Positions 27,176-35,328 of a stretch of 64,000 bases of DNA are shown here, in pieces. Position numbers and translations under genes: made by a program. Origin of the DNA: an uncultured Methanosarcinales archaeon (GTDB lineage Archaea; Nanobdellota; Nanobdellia; Woesearchaeales; GW2011-AR9); contig CAYFJV010000001.1 of the NCBI GenBank assembly GCA_964343575.1, forward strand, positions 91,402 through 155,401. Reading direction: 5' to 3'. Position 1 is the stretch's first letter. Each line of letters begins with the position of its first letter. The notes under the pieces are model-generated. The model worked only from the letters and a program-made list of their open reading frames with translations. It was not told where the DNA came from and made no database searches.

Positions 27176-27445
27176 CTGATCAAATTCTCTTTTTGTTTTG
27201 TCCTGATTTGGACGTTGGAAAGATTATTTTACGGTTTATATATGTTTAGTTTGGGCTTTTTCTCTTTCTCTGGTGATCTATTTTCTAAGAAATGTCTCTA
27301 ATAAGTTTTTGTTCTTTTCCTCGCTCTTACTGAAATTTCTTCCATCTTGGAAGATTTTCTTTTATATTTCCATTTTATTTGGATCTTTTTTTGAAACAGA
27401 AAAATTTATATCTCCCCCTTCTCCCTGCTGAGAGGTGATTTATTA

Positions 27446-27769
27446 ATGAGCGATAAGAAATTAGTTGCAGATAAAGTTAGGGAAAAGGAAGGGGAACTTA
27501 GAGATTACATTAGTGCTTTGAGGAGAGATCGTGTTTTGAGAGCTTTATTTCCTGAAGAGTATACCTATGTGTCTAACGTTTTAGGTGGGCCGACAACTCC
27601 CCCTAGTGAAGACTGGTACAATGATAAAAGATATGTTAAGAAATTACTAGTTCATTACCAAGTGTATGAAAGAGGCCTTAGTAAAGAAGTTCGTGCTGAA
27701 AAACACGATCATCATGGTTTGCACCTTCTTATTGAGCAGCTTATAGTTCTAATAAGGGAATTATTATGA
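27446..27769 (+). CDS. hypothetical protein coupled to the downstream kinase
   Basis: 107 aa. GAGGTGAT SD 8 nt upstream. The stop overlaps the kinase start (ATGA at 27766-27769). No motif recognised. Confidence 0.5.
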   Translation: MSDKKLVADKVREKEGELRDYISALRRDRVLRALFPEEYTYVSNVLGGPTTPPSEDWYNDKRYVKKLLVHYQVYERGLSKEVRAEKHDHHGLHLLIEQLIVLIRELL

Positions 27770-28482
27770 ATGATTTCTTTTCTTTTTTATTAAAAAATTA
27801 TTCTGAAGTATACTTGTTTAATCAGAGATGTTATATTGCTTTTGATGACCATGGTAAGGAGTTTTTTCTTAAGGTAGTTGATGAAAAACCTTACTCTGCT
27901 TTGAGATCTCTCTCTTACCCTTCTATTGTTGTGTGCAGGAAAATCTATCCCTTTGACGGATTTTATCTTCTTGAGTTTCCATACATCTCAGGTGAAAACC
28001 TTACTTATGATTTCCCTTTTACAAAGGATGCCCTCGCTGATTTCGTTAGGGCAGTTTTCTTTTTGATTGAGCACAATGTTGTTCACTCAGATTTGAGGCC
28101 TTCTAATCTTCTTGTTAGAGACGGTAATATCTTCATAGTAGATTTCAACTCCTCTTGCGGATCTAATCAGAGGAGAAAGGTAGGGGTTTCTTTCTATTCT
28201 CCTCCTGAGTTAAATGAAGGATTTACTCATGAATATACAGACCTGTATTCCCTTGGGCTTATTTTTTCCTATCTTTTACTTAAAGAAGAGCTGCTTACTG
28301 TTGATTATTCAGATAATCTTAAGTTTAGAAGTGGTCTGCTGGAACTACTTCAAAGAAATTTTGCTGCTGATCCTTTGATCTCTCTGATTCATACTTTTTT
28401 GCGGCTTGAGCCTTCTGATAGAAGGATCTCCTTACAAAAAGCTTTGGAAAGCATTTATACTTCAAAATTGCTTGGTTCTTAA
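27766..28482 (+). CDS. minimal eukaryotic-type (Hanks) Ser/Thr protein kinase-like protein
   Basis: 238 aa. FFLKV carries the candidate catalytic Lys. VVHSDLRPSNLLV corresponds to H-R-D-L-K-P-x-N, IVDFNSS to DFG, FYSPPE to APE, and DLYSLGLIFSYLL to D-x-W-S-x-G. No obvious Gly-rich loop. Confidence 0.65.
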   Translation: MNDFFSFLLKNYSEVYLFNQRCYIAFDDHGKEFFLKVVDEKPYSALRSLSYPSIVVCRKIYPFDGFYLLEFPYISGENLTYDFPFTKDALADFVRAVFFLIEHNVVHSDLRPSNLLVRDGNIFIVDFNSSCGSNQRRKVGVSFYSPPELNEGFTHEYTDLYSLGLIFSYLLLKEELLTVDYSDNLKFRSGLLELLQRNFAADPLISLIHTFLRLEPSDRRISLQKALESIYTSKLLGS

Positions 28483-28538
28483 ATCTGGAAGTTTCCCTGC
28501 GCAAAACTTTATAAAACAGATTTCTTTGGTTTTTCTTA

Positions 28539-29249
28539 ATGCAACTTAAAGAATTAAAGAGAGAAATTGAAGCACTTCCTAACCTTGATAAAGAGCTTCA
28601 GGGCTTTCAAGAGAATTGGGTCAAACCTTTCTTAAGTCAAAGTGGAAAGAACAAAATTACTGATAAGAATTCCCCGCTTCACGCTCTTAATGATCTGAAA
28701 CAGGGTGAACAAGAAGAAGTACATAGCATGATTCTTGATGCGCATTCGCAATTTGATGAGCTCAAGTATGGACAGTTTACTAATGTAAAAATGCAAAGCC
28801 TTGCCAAGGCGATGATTGATTTGAAGTTGCTTGAGTTTCAATATAAAAATTCTGGAGATGCTGGCAAGGACAGTAAAGAAGAAATGGTGAAAAGTCTTAC
28901 TGCTTCTTCAAAGTACAAATATTTGACTTCTAAAGTGCTTCACGATGAGTTTGGAAGTCTTCAAAAAACGATTCATGAGATTAAAGCTTTTGATAGCCAA
29001 CTTCAACGACTCGAAGAGACTTATAATGAGGTAAACCAGTATTTGTACCAAAAGTTGCCTCTTGAACATTCTGTAGGTCTTATGGATATGGGCCATAAAG
29101 ATAATTTAAAGAATTTGAAGATGGCTTCACGCCGCCGTAAGGCTTTGATTAAGAAGTTGGGTAAGAATTTCATTGCTTTACAAAACCAACTTCGTGGACG
29201 TGGCCAGAGTCCTGGTGCTGAGAAGAAGCTTGATTTGGTGCATGATTAG
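28539..29249 (+). CDS. coiled-coil protein of unknown function
   Basis: 236 aa, K/E/L/Q-rich heptad-like sequence throughout, with a basic C-terminus. No motif recognised. Confidence 0.45.
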   Translation: MQLKELKREIEALPNLDKELQGFQENWVKPFLSQSGKNKITDKNSPLHALNDLKQGEQEEVHSMILDAHSQFDELKYGQFTNVKMQSLAKAMIDLKLLEFQYKNSGDAGKDSKEEMVKSLTASSKYKYLTSKVLHDEFGSLQKTIHEIKAFDSQLQRLEETYNEVNQYLYQKLPLEHSVGLMDMGHKDNLKNLKMASRRRKALIKKLGKNFIALQNQLRGRGQSPGAEKKLDLVHD

Positions 29250-29300
29250 TTCTCTTGTTAACCAGGTTTGGATCCCCCATTTTGTTTATTCTGCTATAAA

Positions 29301-29310
29301 TTTATAAAAA
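29301..29310 (+). promoter_or_regulatory. TATA box (TTTATAAAAA) for the sigma-like gene
   Basis: Ends 20 nt upstream of ATG 29331, which is archaeal-type spacing for a leaderless mRNA. Confidence 0.45.
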
Positions 29311-29330
29311 TTCCTTAAATTTTGACATAA

Positions 29331-30254
29331 ATGGTCAAATTATTTGAAAAATTCAACCGAGTAGAGTTGGTTGGCCCTTTGGCAGGACTTGGGATTAGCT
29401 CTAGAAAAAAAGACTTAGGGTTGGAACATGCTGCTTTTTATGATCCAACTTATCTTCTTCAGAAGGGAGTTTCAAGATATGACCATAAGAGAGAAATTGA
29501 TCAAGGCATTTTTTTGGAAGTTTATCGGGATCATGGGCGCTTTATTGAGAGGCTTGTTGGTAGGCGTTGCCTAAGAGTTTCCCCATTTGTTTCTGTTGAT
29601 GAGGAAGATGTCCTTCAATTTGTCTATTTTGGCATTATGAAGAACATTGCTCGTGGCCATTTGGATAAGCCAAAGCGTACTAGGCCCTACCTTGGCCTTG
29701 TTGTTTCTAGTTTAGTTGTTGATTACCTCAGAAAATTTGGAAGAGAGAGTTTCTCTAGGAGAGACCATCAGAATAAGAAGAAGTTAGATCAATTTACTGG
29801 TTATTTTTCAGCAAAAAATGGTAGAGAACCTTTTTTGGAGGAAAAGTTGGAGTTTGCTCAAAGAGTAATAGGTAGAAAATTCACAGAGCAAAGATTGAGG
29901 GATTTAGAAGAGAGAACCTCTCGTAGACATATTAGTTTTGATTCTAGACCTTCTGGTCAAAGTGACGGGATCTCTCTTCGTGAGAAGGTGAGTTCTCAAG
30001 ATTCAGTTGGCACTGACTCACTTGCAGAAAGATCTTCTTTAAGAAAATACCTTGATCGAACTATTTCTACCTTACATCCAAGGGATCAATATGTTCTTGC
30101 TGCATATTTTTTTGAGGGTCTCTCCCAAAGAGAAATTGGGGAAAGAATTGGTGTTACTGAATCGAGAGCGAATCAGCTATTGAAAAGAGCCAGAATAAGA
30201 ATGAGAGCTAGGTTAGAAGATCAAGGAATTGAAAAAGTCGATGATTTATTCTAA
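29331..30254 (+). CDS. sigma-70 family protein (regions 2 and 4 recognisable; bacterial-type)
   Basis: 307 aa. EDVLQFVYFGIMKNI...YLGLVVSSLVVDYLRK is region-2-like. LHPRDQYVLAAYFFEGLSQREIGERIGVTESRANQLLKRARIRMRARL is a near-textbook region-4 HTH. About 100 aa lie between them and there is a ~95-aa N-terminal extension. Confidence 0.7.
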   Translation: MVKLFEKFNRVELVGPLAGLGISSRKKDLGLEHAAFYDPTYLLQKGVSRYDHKREIDQGIFLEVYRDHGRFIERLVGRRCLRVSPFVSVDEEDVLQFVYFGIMKNIARGHLDKPKRTRPYLGLVVSSLVVDYLRKFGRESFSRRDHQNKKKLDQFTGYFSAKNGREPFLEEKLEFAQRVIGRKFTEQRLRDLEERTSRRHISFDSRPSGQSDGISLREKVSSQDSVGTDSLAERSSLRKYLDRTISTLHPRDQYVLAAYFFEGLSQREIGERIGVTESRANQLLKRARIRMRARLEDQGIEKVDDLF

Positions 30255-30904
30255 CTTTTAATTCTTTTATCTTTGTATTCGCAATACTTCGTAACTGTAC
30301 ATTGATCACACTTTGGTCGGACTGGGGCGCAGATTCTCTGGCCATGATCGACAATTAACTTGTTAATATCAATCCAACGCTCTTTTGGGATTATTCTCAT
30401 GAGCTCTTGCTCACTCTCTTCTGGACTTTGTGTATCAATCCAATGGAGTCTTGTTGTATTGCAAATGCGATGTACATGAATGTCAACAGCAATAGCTGGT
30501 TTTTTGAAAGCATAAGTAAGTACACAATTTGCAGTTTTTCTCCCAACGCCGGGAAGATTTGTCAGTTGTTCTAGGGTGTTTGGAACTTTGCCTGCGAATT
30601 CTTCTATGATCATTTGAGCAAGTTTTTGCACGTTCCTTGCTTTGACTCTAAAGAAGCCAATGCCATAAAACCATTTTTCCAGTTCTGGTATTGGAATTTG
30701 GGCTACATCTTCTGGATTAGGATATTTTTTGAAGAACTCCTTGACAATAGGAATAGTAGTTGCATCTTTGGTTCTGGCGCTGAGCAGTGTTGCAACTGTG
30801 ATTTGAAAAGGAGTGAAATAGCTGAGCTCCTCGAGCATAGTTTGTCCATGCGTTTTTTGGAGGATGTTGAGTACTTTGAGTATTTCTCCTTTACTTTTTG
30901 GCAT
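30251..30904 (-). CDS. nth: endonuclease III (HhH-GPD DNA glycosylase/AP lyase with [4Fe-4S] cluster)
   Basis: LTNLPGVGRKTANCVL (HhH), AIAVDIHVHR, and the C-terminal Cys cluster CAPVRPKCDQCTVTKYC. Its stop codon overlaps the stop codon of the convergent sigma-like gene. Confidence 0.9.
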   Translation of the reverse strand: MPKSKGEILKVLNILQKTHGQTMLEELSYFTPFQITVATLLSARTKDATTIPIVKEFFKKYPNPEDVAQIPIPELEKWFYGIGFFRVKARNVQKLAQMIIEEFAGKVPNTLEQLTNLPGVGRKTANCVLTYAFKKPAIAVDIHVHRICNTTRLHWIDTQSPEESEQELMRIIPKERWIDINKLIVDHGQRICAPVRPKCDQCTVTKYCEYKDKRIKS

Positions 30905-30960
30905 ATTTTTTCTAGGATATATACATAATTTTTAAAAATATCTTTGTTTATTGAACTGTT

Positions 30961-31173
30961 ATGGAAGCAGAGATTATGAGTAATGAGGAGATTGTGAAAG
31001 AACTTAATAAGATTAAGAAGGAACTTAGTTATATTAAGGCCCACATGGTTGATGTTGATACTGTTCTCACGGCAGATGAAGAAATGAGGCTCAACGAGTC
31101 TATTGCTGAGTATAAAGCAGGAAAAGTAATTTCTTTGGAAGAGTTGAAAGCAAATCGGGAACTGAAGAAGTAA
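30961..31173 (+). CDS. putative antitoxin partner of the RelE/ParE-like toxin
   Basis: 70-aa ORF ending 1 nt before the toxin start. Small, helical and acidic, in the position typical of an antitoxin. The assignment is by context only. Confidence 0.45.
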   Translation: MEAEIMSNEEIVKELNKIKKELSYIKAHMVDVDTVLTADEEMRLNESIAEYKAGKVISLEELKANRELKK

Positions 31174-31174
31174 A

Positions 31175-31444
31175 ATGTTGAGTTTAGTTTTTTCCTCGCA
31201 TGCTCAAAGATTCCTTAAAAAATGTGATGATGGACTCTGTGAAAGAATAATCTCTAAAATAGAGAAGTTAAAAGATGAGCCTTTTCCCTCTGATTCGAAA
31301 AGAATTAAAGGAAGAAAAGACAAACATTTTAGAGTAAGAGTTGGAAATTATAGGGTTCTTTATTCTGTTAATCGTGGCACCAAAGAATTAGTTATTGAAG
31401 ATATCGATAAGAGATCAAGAGCTTATTTGTGTTTCTTTTTTTGA
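31175..31444 (+). CDS. relE: RelE/ParE-family type II toxin
   Basis: 89 aa. KHFRVRVGNYRVLYSVNRGTKELVIEDIDKRSRAY matches the RelE core (R-x-R-x-G-x-Y-R-x-x-Y...R...Y). Confidence 0.75.
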   Translation: MLSLVFSSHAQRFLKKCDDGLCERIISKIEKLKDEPFPSDSKRIKGRKDKHFRVRVGNYRVLYSVNRGTKELVIEDIDKRSRAYLCFFF

Positions 31445-31466
31445 GAGAAATTCTTTATTCCTTAAT

Positions 31467-31476
31467 CTTTAAATAG
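31467..31476 (+). promoter_or_regulatory. TATA box (CTTTAAATAG) for pyrD
   Basis: Ends 21 nt upstream of ATG 31498, implying a leaderless pyrD mRNA. Confidence 0.45.
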
Positions 31477-31497
31477 TCTTTGTTGAGCCAAAAGTTT

Positions 31498-32610
31498 ATG
31501 CACTACAAAAAGGCATTTTACAAAGAGATTGTTCGTCCTGTACTTTTTAGAATTGATCCTGAGAAGGTTCACGATTTGGCTACCTTTGTAGGGTCTTTTT
31601 TGGGAAAATTTTCTCTTGGAAGGAGAATTGTAGGGCGTTTATTTTACTTTAGACATAGCTCTTTAGAGCAGGGAATTTTAGGAATCACATTTAGAAACCC
31701 CATTGGCCTTGCTGCCGGTTTTGATAAAAATGCAAAGCTAACTCAAGTGATTCCAGCAGTTGGTTTTGGTTTTGAAGAAGTTGGTTCAATCACAGCTAAA
31801 CCTTGTGAAGGTAACCCTAAGCCACGTATGTGGAGGCTTCCAAAGAGAAAATCAATTGTTGTGTATTATGGGCTTAAAAATGATGGGGTACGAGTTATTG
31901 CAAAACGTCTTGGTCCTTTGTTTAAGCTGAGAAAAATTCCTTTAGGCATAAGTATTGCGAAAACAAACTGTAAAGAAACGGTTAGCGTTGCAGATGGTAT
32001 TGCAGATTATCTTGGCTCTTTTCAGCACCTTTGTGCCAAAAATCTTGGTGACTATATTACTATTAATGTTAGTTGTCCTAACGCTTATGGTGGTTTAACC
32101 TTTACTGATGCAAAGCGCTTGGAAAAGTTGCTGAGTGCTCTTGATAAGGTTGCTTGTGATAAACCAATCTTTTTGAAATGTTCTCCTGATCTTTCACGAA
32201 AAGAAGTTGATGCTTTGCTTAAAGTTTGTGACCGACATAGGGTGCATGGTTTGATTCTTTCAAATCTTACTAAGGATAGAAGTGTGTTAAGTGCAGAAGA
32301 GCTTGCTTCTATTGGCCCAGGTGGTATTAGTGGAAAACTTGCTGCGCAAAAGGCAAAGGGTTTGATCTCTTATGTGTATAAGAAGACTAAAGGAAGATAT
32401 GTCTTGGTTGCAGTTGGTGGAATTAGTTCTGCAAATGATGCTTATGAACTTGTGAAAGATGGTGCAAGTCTTGTTCAGCTTATTACCGGAATGATTTACG
32501 AGGGCCCTCAACTTATTGGTGAGATGAATCGTGAGTTGGTGAAACTTTTGAGAAAAGATGGCTTTGAGAAAATCTCTGAGGCTGTTGGGATTAATCATAA
32601 GAGGAATTAG
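31498..32610 (+). CDS. pyrD: dihydroorotate dehydrogenase, class-2-like architecture
   Basis: The N-terminal YKEIVRPVLFRIDPEKVHD parallels E. coli PyrD (YPFVRKALFQLDPERAH). Also present: NPIGLAAGFDKNA, GFGFEEVGSIT, PRMWRL, and YITINVSCPN aligning to E. coli YIAINISSPN. ATG 31498 is preferred over TTG 31480. Confidence 0.85.
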   Translation: MHYKKAFYKEIVRPVLFRIDPEKVHDLATFVGSFLGKFSLGRRIVGRLFYFRHSSLEQGILGITFRNPIGLAAGFDKNAKLTQVIPAVGFGFEEVGSITAKPCEGNPKPRMWRLPKRKSIVVYYGLKNDGVRVIAKRLGPLFKLRKIPLGISIAKTNCKETVSVADGIADYLGSFQHLCAKNLGDYITINVSCPNAYGGLTFTDAKRLEKLLSALDKVACDKPIFLKCSPDLSRKEVDALLKVCDRHRVHGLILSNLTKDRSVLSAEELASIGPGGISGKLAAQKAKGLISYVYKKTKGRYVLVAVGGISSANDAYELVKDGASLVQLITGMIYEGPQLIGEMNRELVKLLRKDGFEKISEAVGINHKRN

Positions 32611-32621
32611 AAAATTCTGTT

Positions 32622-33524
32622 CTATTTTTCTTGTTCTAAAGACTCTTCAAACCTTCTTTTTGCTTCTAAAATCATTCTTTCTTGCGCGCTTTTTGACATA
32701 GAAGCGATGTGTGGACTGAGAATAAGATTATCAAAGTTGAGAAGTTCTGGGTTTACTTCTGGTTCATTTGGAAAGACATCAAGAGCAGCAAAAAGTTGTT
32801 TGCCCTCGTTTTTCTCACCTTCTTCGAGTGCGGTAATAAGTGCTTGTTCATTGACGATTCCTCCTCGAGAACAGTTGAGGAGTGTTGCTTGATCTTTCAT
32901 AGTTTTGAATTCTTCTGTATTGATCAAGTTTCTTGTAGCATCAAGAAGAGGCACATGGATAGTGATGATATCTGATTCCTTGAGAAGCTGATCTATTTCG
33001 ACCTTTTTGGTTCTCTCATCTATTTCTATCTGTTCCTTGCTTAGGAAGGGGTCAACTACTAGAAATTGTTTAGGATCAAAGCCAGTTAGTTTTTTGTGAA
33101 CTAACTTTGCAATTGCTCCAAAGCCAATGAGCCCAATGTTGAGTTCTCTGATCTCCCGACTTGTGAATTTTCTTCTTTCCCACTTTCCTTCTTTAATAGT
33201 CTTATCTGCGAAAGGTATTTTTCTGAGGCAAGAGAGGATGAGTGCTACCACGTATTCTGCAGTTGCATTAGCATTTGCTGTTGGTGCATTGAAGATTTTG
33301 ATCTCTCTATGTTTAGTGTACTCAGTATCAATGGTGTTGATCCCATTTGAGCATTGAATAATGTACTTGAGCTTTGGATAGTTTGCTAGGGAGATGGCAT
33401 CAAGCTCTGTTTTTGCTCCTGCTACAATGATCTCTGTTTCTGCTTGGCTTTCTGTTGCTTCGTAGAGTTGCTCTTGGAAGTAGGAAGCAATGTTTGGATT
33501 GTGATGTAAAAAAGTTGTTTTCAT
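32622..33524 (-). CDS. D-isomer-specific 2-hydroxyacid dehydrogenase (phosphoglycerate-dehydrogenase-like)
   Basis: 300 aa. NAD-binding motif IGLIGFGAIAKLV, then HVPLLDATRNLIN, LLNCSRGGIVNEQAL, ALDVFPNEP and SPHIAS. Confidence 0.8.
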   Translation of the reverse strand: MKTTFLHHNPNIASYFQEQLYEATESQAETEIIVAGAKTELDAISLANYPKLKYIIQCSNGINTIDTEYTKHREIKIFNAPTANANATAEYVVALILSCLRKIPFADKTIKEGKWERRKFTSREIRELNIGLIGFGAIAKLVHKKLTGFDPKQFLVVDPFLSKEQIEIDERTKKVEIDQLLKESDIITIHVPLLDATRNLINTEEFKTMKDQATLLNCSRGGIVNEQALITALEEGEKNEGKQLFAALDVFPNEPEVNPELLNFDNLILSPHIASMSKSAQERMILEAKRRFEESLEQEK

Positions 33525-33551
33525 TGGGTTTGGATGGAATATGGAGCTTTA

Positions 33552-33959
33552 TTAGCTTTGTGGAGGTTCTTCTGTCCTTTGAACTAATTCTTCTGTTTGT
33601 GTTTGGGAATAGAGAATTGAAGTTTCTAGTTCTTCTCTGAAAGTAGTTCTAAGATACTTTTCTAAAGTCATTGGCCTTGCATCTTGCATTGGGTCGTAGA
33701 CAAGATCTCCTACACAGCATACCTGGTGACATCCCCAAGTGATCCCCCTCAGTCGTTTTGGTGTGATAGTTTCCCTGTTTCCTGTTGCATCTGCTTTCCC
33801 TTCTATTCTTAAGATGTAAGGTTTTCTTCCTTCATTTAGAAGTATTCTTGCAATATTTATAGCCACAAGCCCACAACTTTGTAGTCTTCCTTCTGGGAAA
33901 GTGTAGTCTTTTGAAAGCGAAGGATGTAATCTTGACATATACTCTAGGGTTGATTCCAC
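33552..33959 (-). CDS. hypothetical protein
   Basis: 135-aa ORF. A Cys (SCGLVAINIARIL) and a later WGCHQVCCVGDLVYDP could be a Cys/His/Asp triad, but that is speculation. Confidence 0.4.
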   Translation of the reverse strand: MESTLEYMSRLHPSLSKDYTFPEGRLQSCGLVAINIARILLNEGRKPYILRIEGKADATGNRETITPKRLRGITWGCHQVCCVGDLVYDPMQDARPMTLEKYLRTTFREELETSILYSQTQTEELVQRTEEPPQS

Positions 33960-34019
33960 TTTTTGCTATTTCTGCTCTTTTTAGATAAAGGTTTGTTCTA
34001 AGAAGTTTATGCTTGCTGA

Positions 34020-35261
34020 CTAAAGATAGAAAAGGACCATGAAAGAAATGATTACCATAACTACCGCAAGCGTGAAGATAAGAAGTTTAATGTGATGTTC
34101 TTGCGCCTTGATGTACTTCATTTCTTCTATCTTCCTCAATCTCCAATAGCTAACCCCAAAAATGAAGGCGAAAGGGATAAGAAGCAAAATATTGTGCCAT
34201 AAAAACAGTGAGAATACTTGTCCTCTTGAGCCAGAATCTAAAAGAAGTTTGTGAAGAAGTTGGTATTGCCCTTCCCAGCTAGCAGCTACAAACAAGGATG
34301 CGATTATTCCTAGGACAATAAAGCCAGGAGTCGTAGTACAATAGTGACGGAACTTTCTCCAAGCAGGTTGCAGCTTTGCTTGGTATTCTGGAGGAATGAT
34401 TTTCTTTTCAAAGAGAAATTGTTTGATGATGATAAGAGAAATGATGGTGCAAATAACTGCAATAAGTCTGGTGAAGAAAACACTCTGTAAGCCGATCTTT
34501 GTGACTCCGATGATTCCTAAGCCGGTGATAAGGAGCATACCATAGAGAGTGATGAGATAGACTATACTGTTTCTTAGCACCAATTCTTTCTTTTCTTCTA
34601 AATCCATGCGTTCAATGTTTTCTTTTTTAGCATTGTCTTTCTCTTCTATCTTTGTTTTGTGTGTTCTCTTGTCTTCAATAAGCCCTATAAGAAGGATGAG
34701 GAAAAGGAGAAGAACTGCCATGTTGCTATTGCTGATGCTATTCCCAACACCGGTCCCAGTAATTGATCCAAAGTCTAATATGTCTAAGACATTTTTAGGT
34801 TGACCTTCACCAAAGATTCCGATTGCGGCAATTGGATCAAGAGAAGGACAGAGTTCGTTGTTCTCAAGCTGACTTTCTAAGAAGAGTTCTATACTACTTG
34901 CTCCAATAAAATAACTGTTTTCTAAGAAAAGTGCAGGAACAGCTTGCTCAGTCTCATCAACGCCGTACGCAAGGTAAAGATCATTGAGATGAATAATGTT
35001 TTGCTCATCATAATACACCTCAAACTCATAAATGTCAATGCCAGGATAGTTTGATTGAAGTTCAGAGAGGTGAGCATTTGTAAGATGGCAATCCTCACAA
35101 TCTTCTCCATAGAAGTAATAGATGCAGGTGTTTATTTCACTTTCTGGAAGTTCTAAATCTGCAGCGAATCCTCCTTGGCTCAGGGCCAAAACTAAGCAAA
35201 GAAAAATGATACTTGTACAAAGAATTCTTTTTTTTCCTTTAGTATCCAACACCTTCCCCAC
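34020..35261 (-). CDS. membrane protein with extracytoplasmic thioredoxin-like CxxC domain
   Basis: 413 aa. Signal/anchor ILCTSIIFLCLVLALSQG, then YYFYGEDCEDCHLTNAHLSEL...VPALFLENSYFIG (thioredoxin/glutaredoxin-like with CxxC), followed by about 6 TM helices. GTG start. Confidence 0.6.
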   Translation of the reverse strand: MGKVLDTKGKKRILCTSIIFLCLVLALSQGGFAADLELPESEINTCIYYFYGEDCEDCHLTNAHLSELQSNYPGIDIYEFEVYYDEQNIIHLNDLYLAYGVDETEQAVPALFLENSYFIGASSIELFLESQLENNELCPSLDPIAAIGIFGEGQPKNVLDILDFGSITGTGVGNSISNSNMAVLLLFLILLIGLIEDKRTHKTKIEEKDNAKKENIERMDLEEKKELVLRNSIVYLITLYGMLLITGLGIIGVTKIGLQSVFFTRLIAVICTIISLIIIKQFLFEKKIIPPEYQAKLQPAWRKFRHYCTTTPGFIVLGIIASLFVAASWEGQYQLLHKLLLDSGSRGQVFSLFLWHNILLLIPFAFIFGVSYWRLRKIEEMKYIKAQEHHIKLLIFTLAVVMVIISFMVLFYL

Positions 35262-35301
35262 AACTCACTCCTATACACCAGTGAAAATGAGCCTATTTTT
35301 G

Positions 35302-35309
35302 TTTATAAA
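35302..35309. promoter_or_regulatory. palindromic TATA box TTTATAAA in a divergent intergenic region
   Basis: It lies about 41-48 nt upstream of the GTG start (35261) of the minus-strand membrane protein gene and 20-27 nt upstream of the 5' arm of the structured element at 35329. It could serve either direction. Confidence 0.4.
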
Positions 35310-35328
35310 GTTTTCTTTACTCTTTACC

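Noticed and set aside
30251-30254. Overlapping stop codons of the convergent sigma-like and nth genes as a regulatory feature
   Set aside because: A 3-4 nt convergent overlap is common in compact genomes. There is no associated structure or motif.
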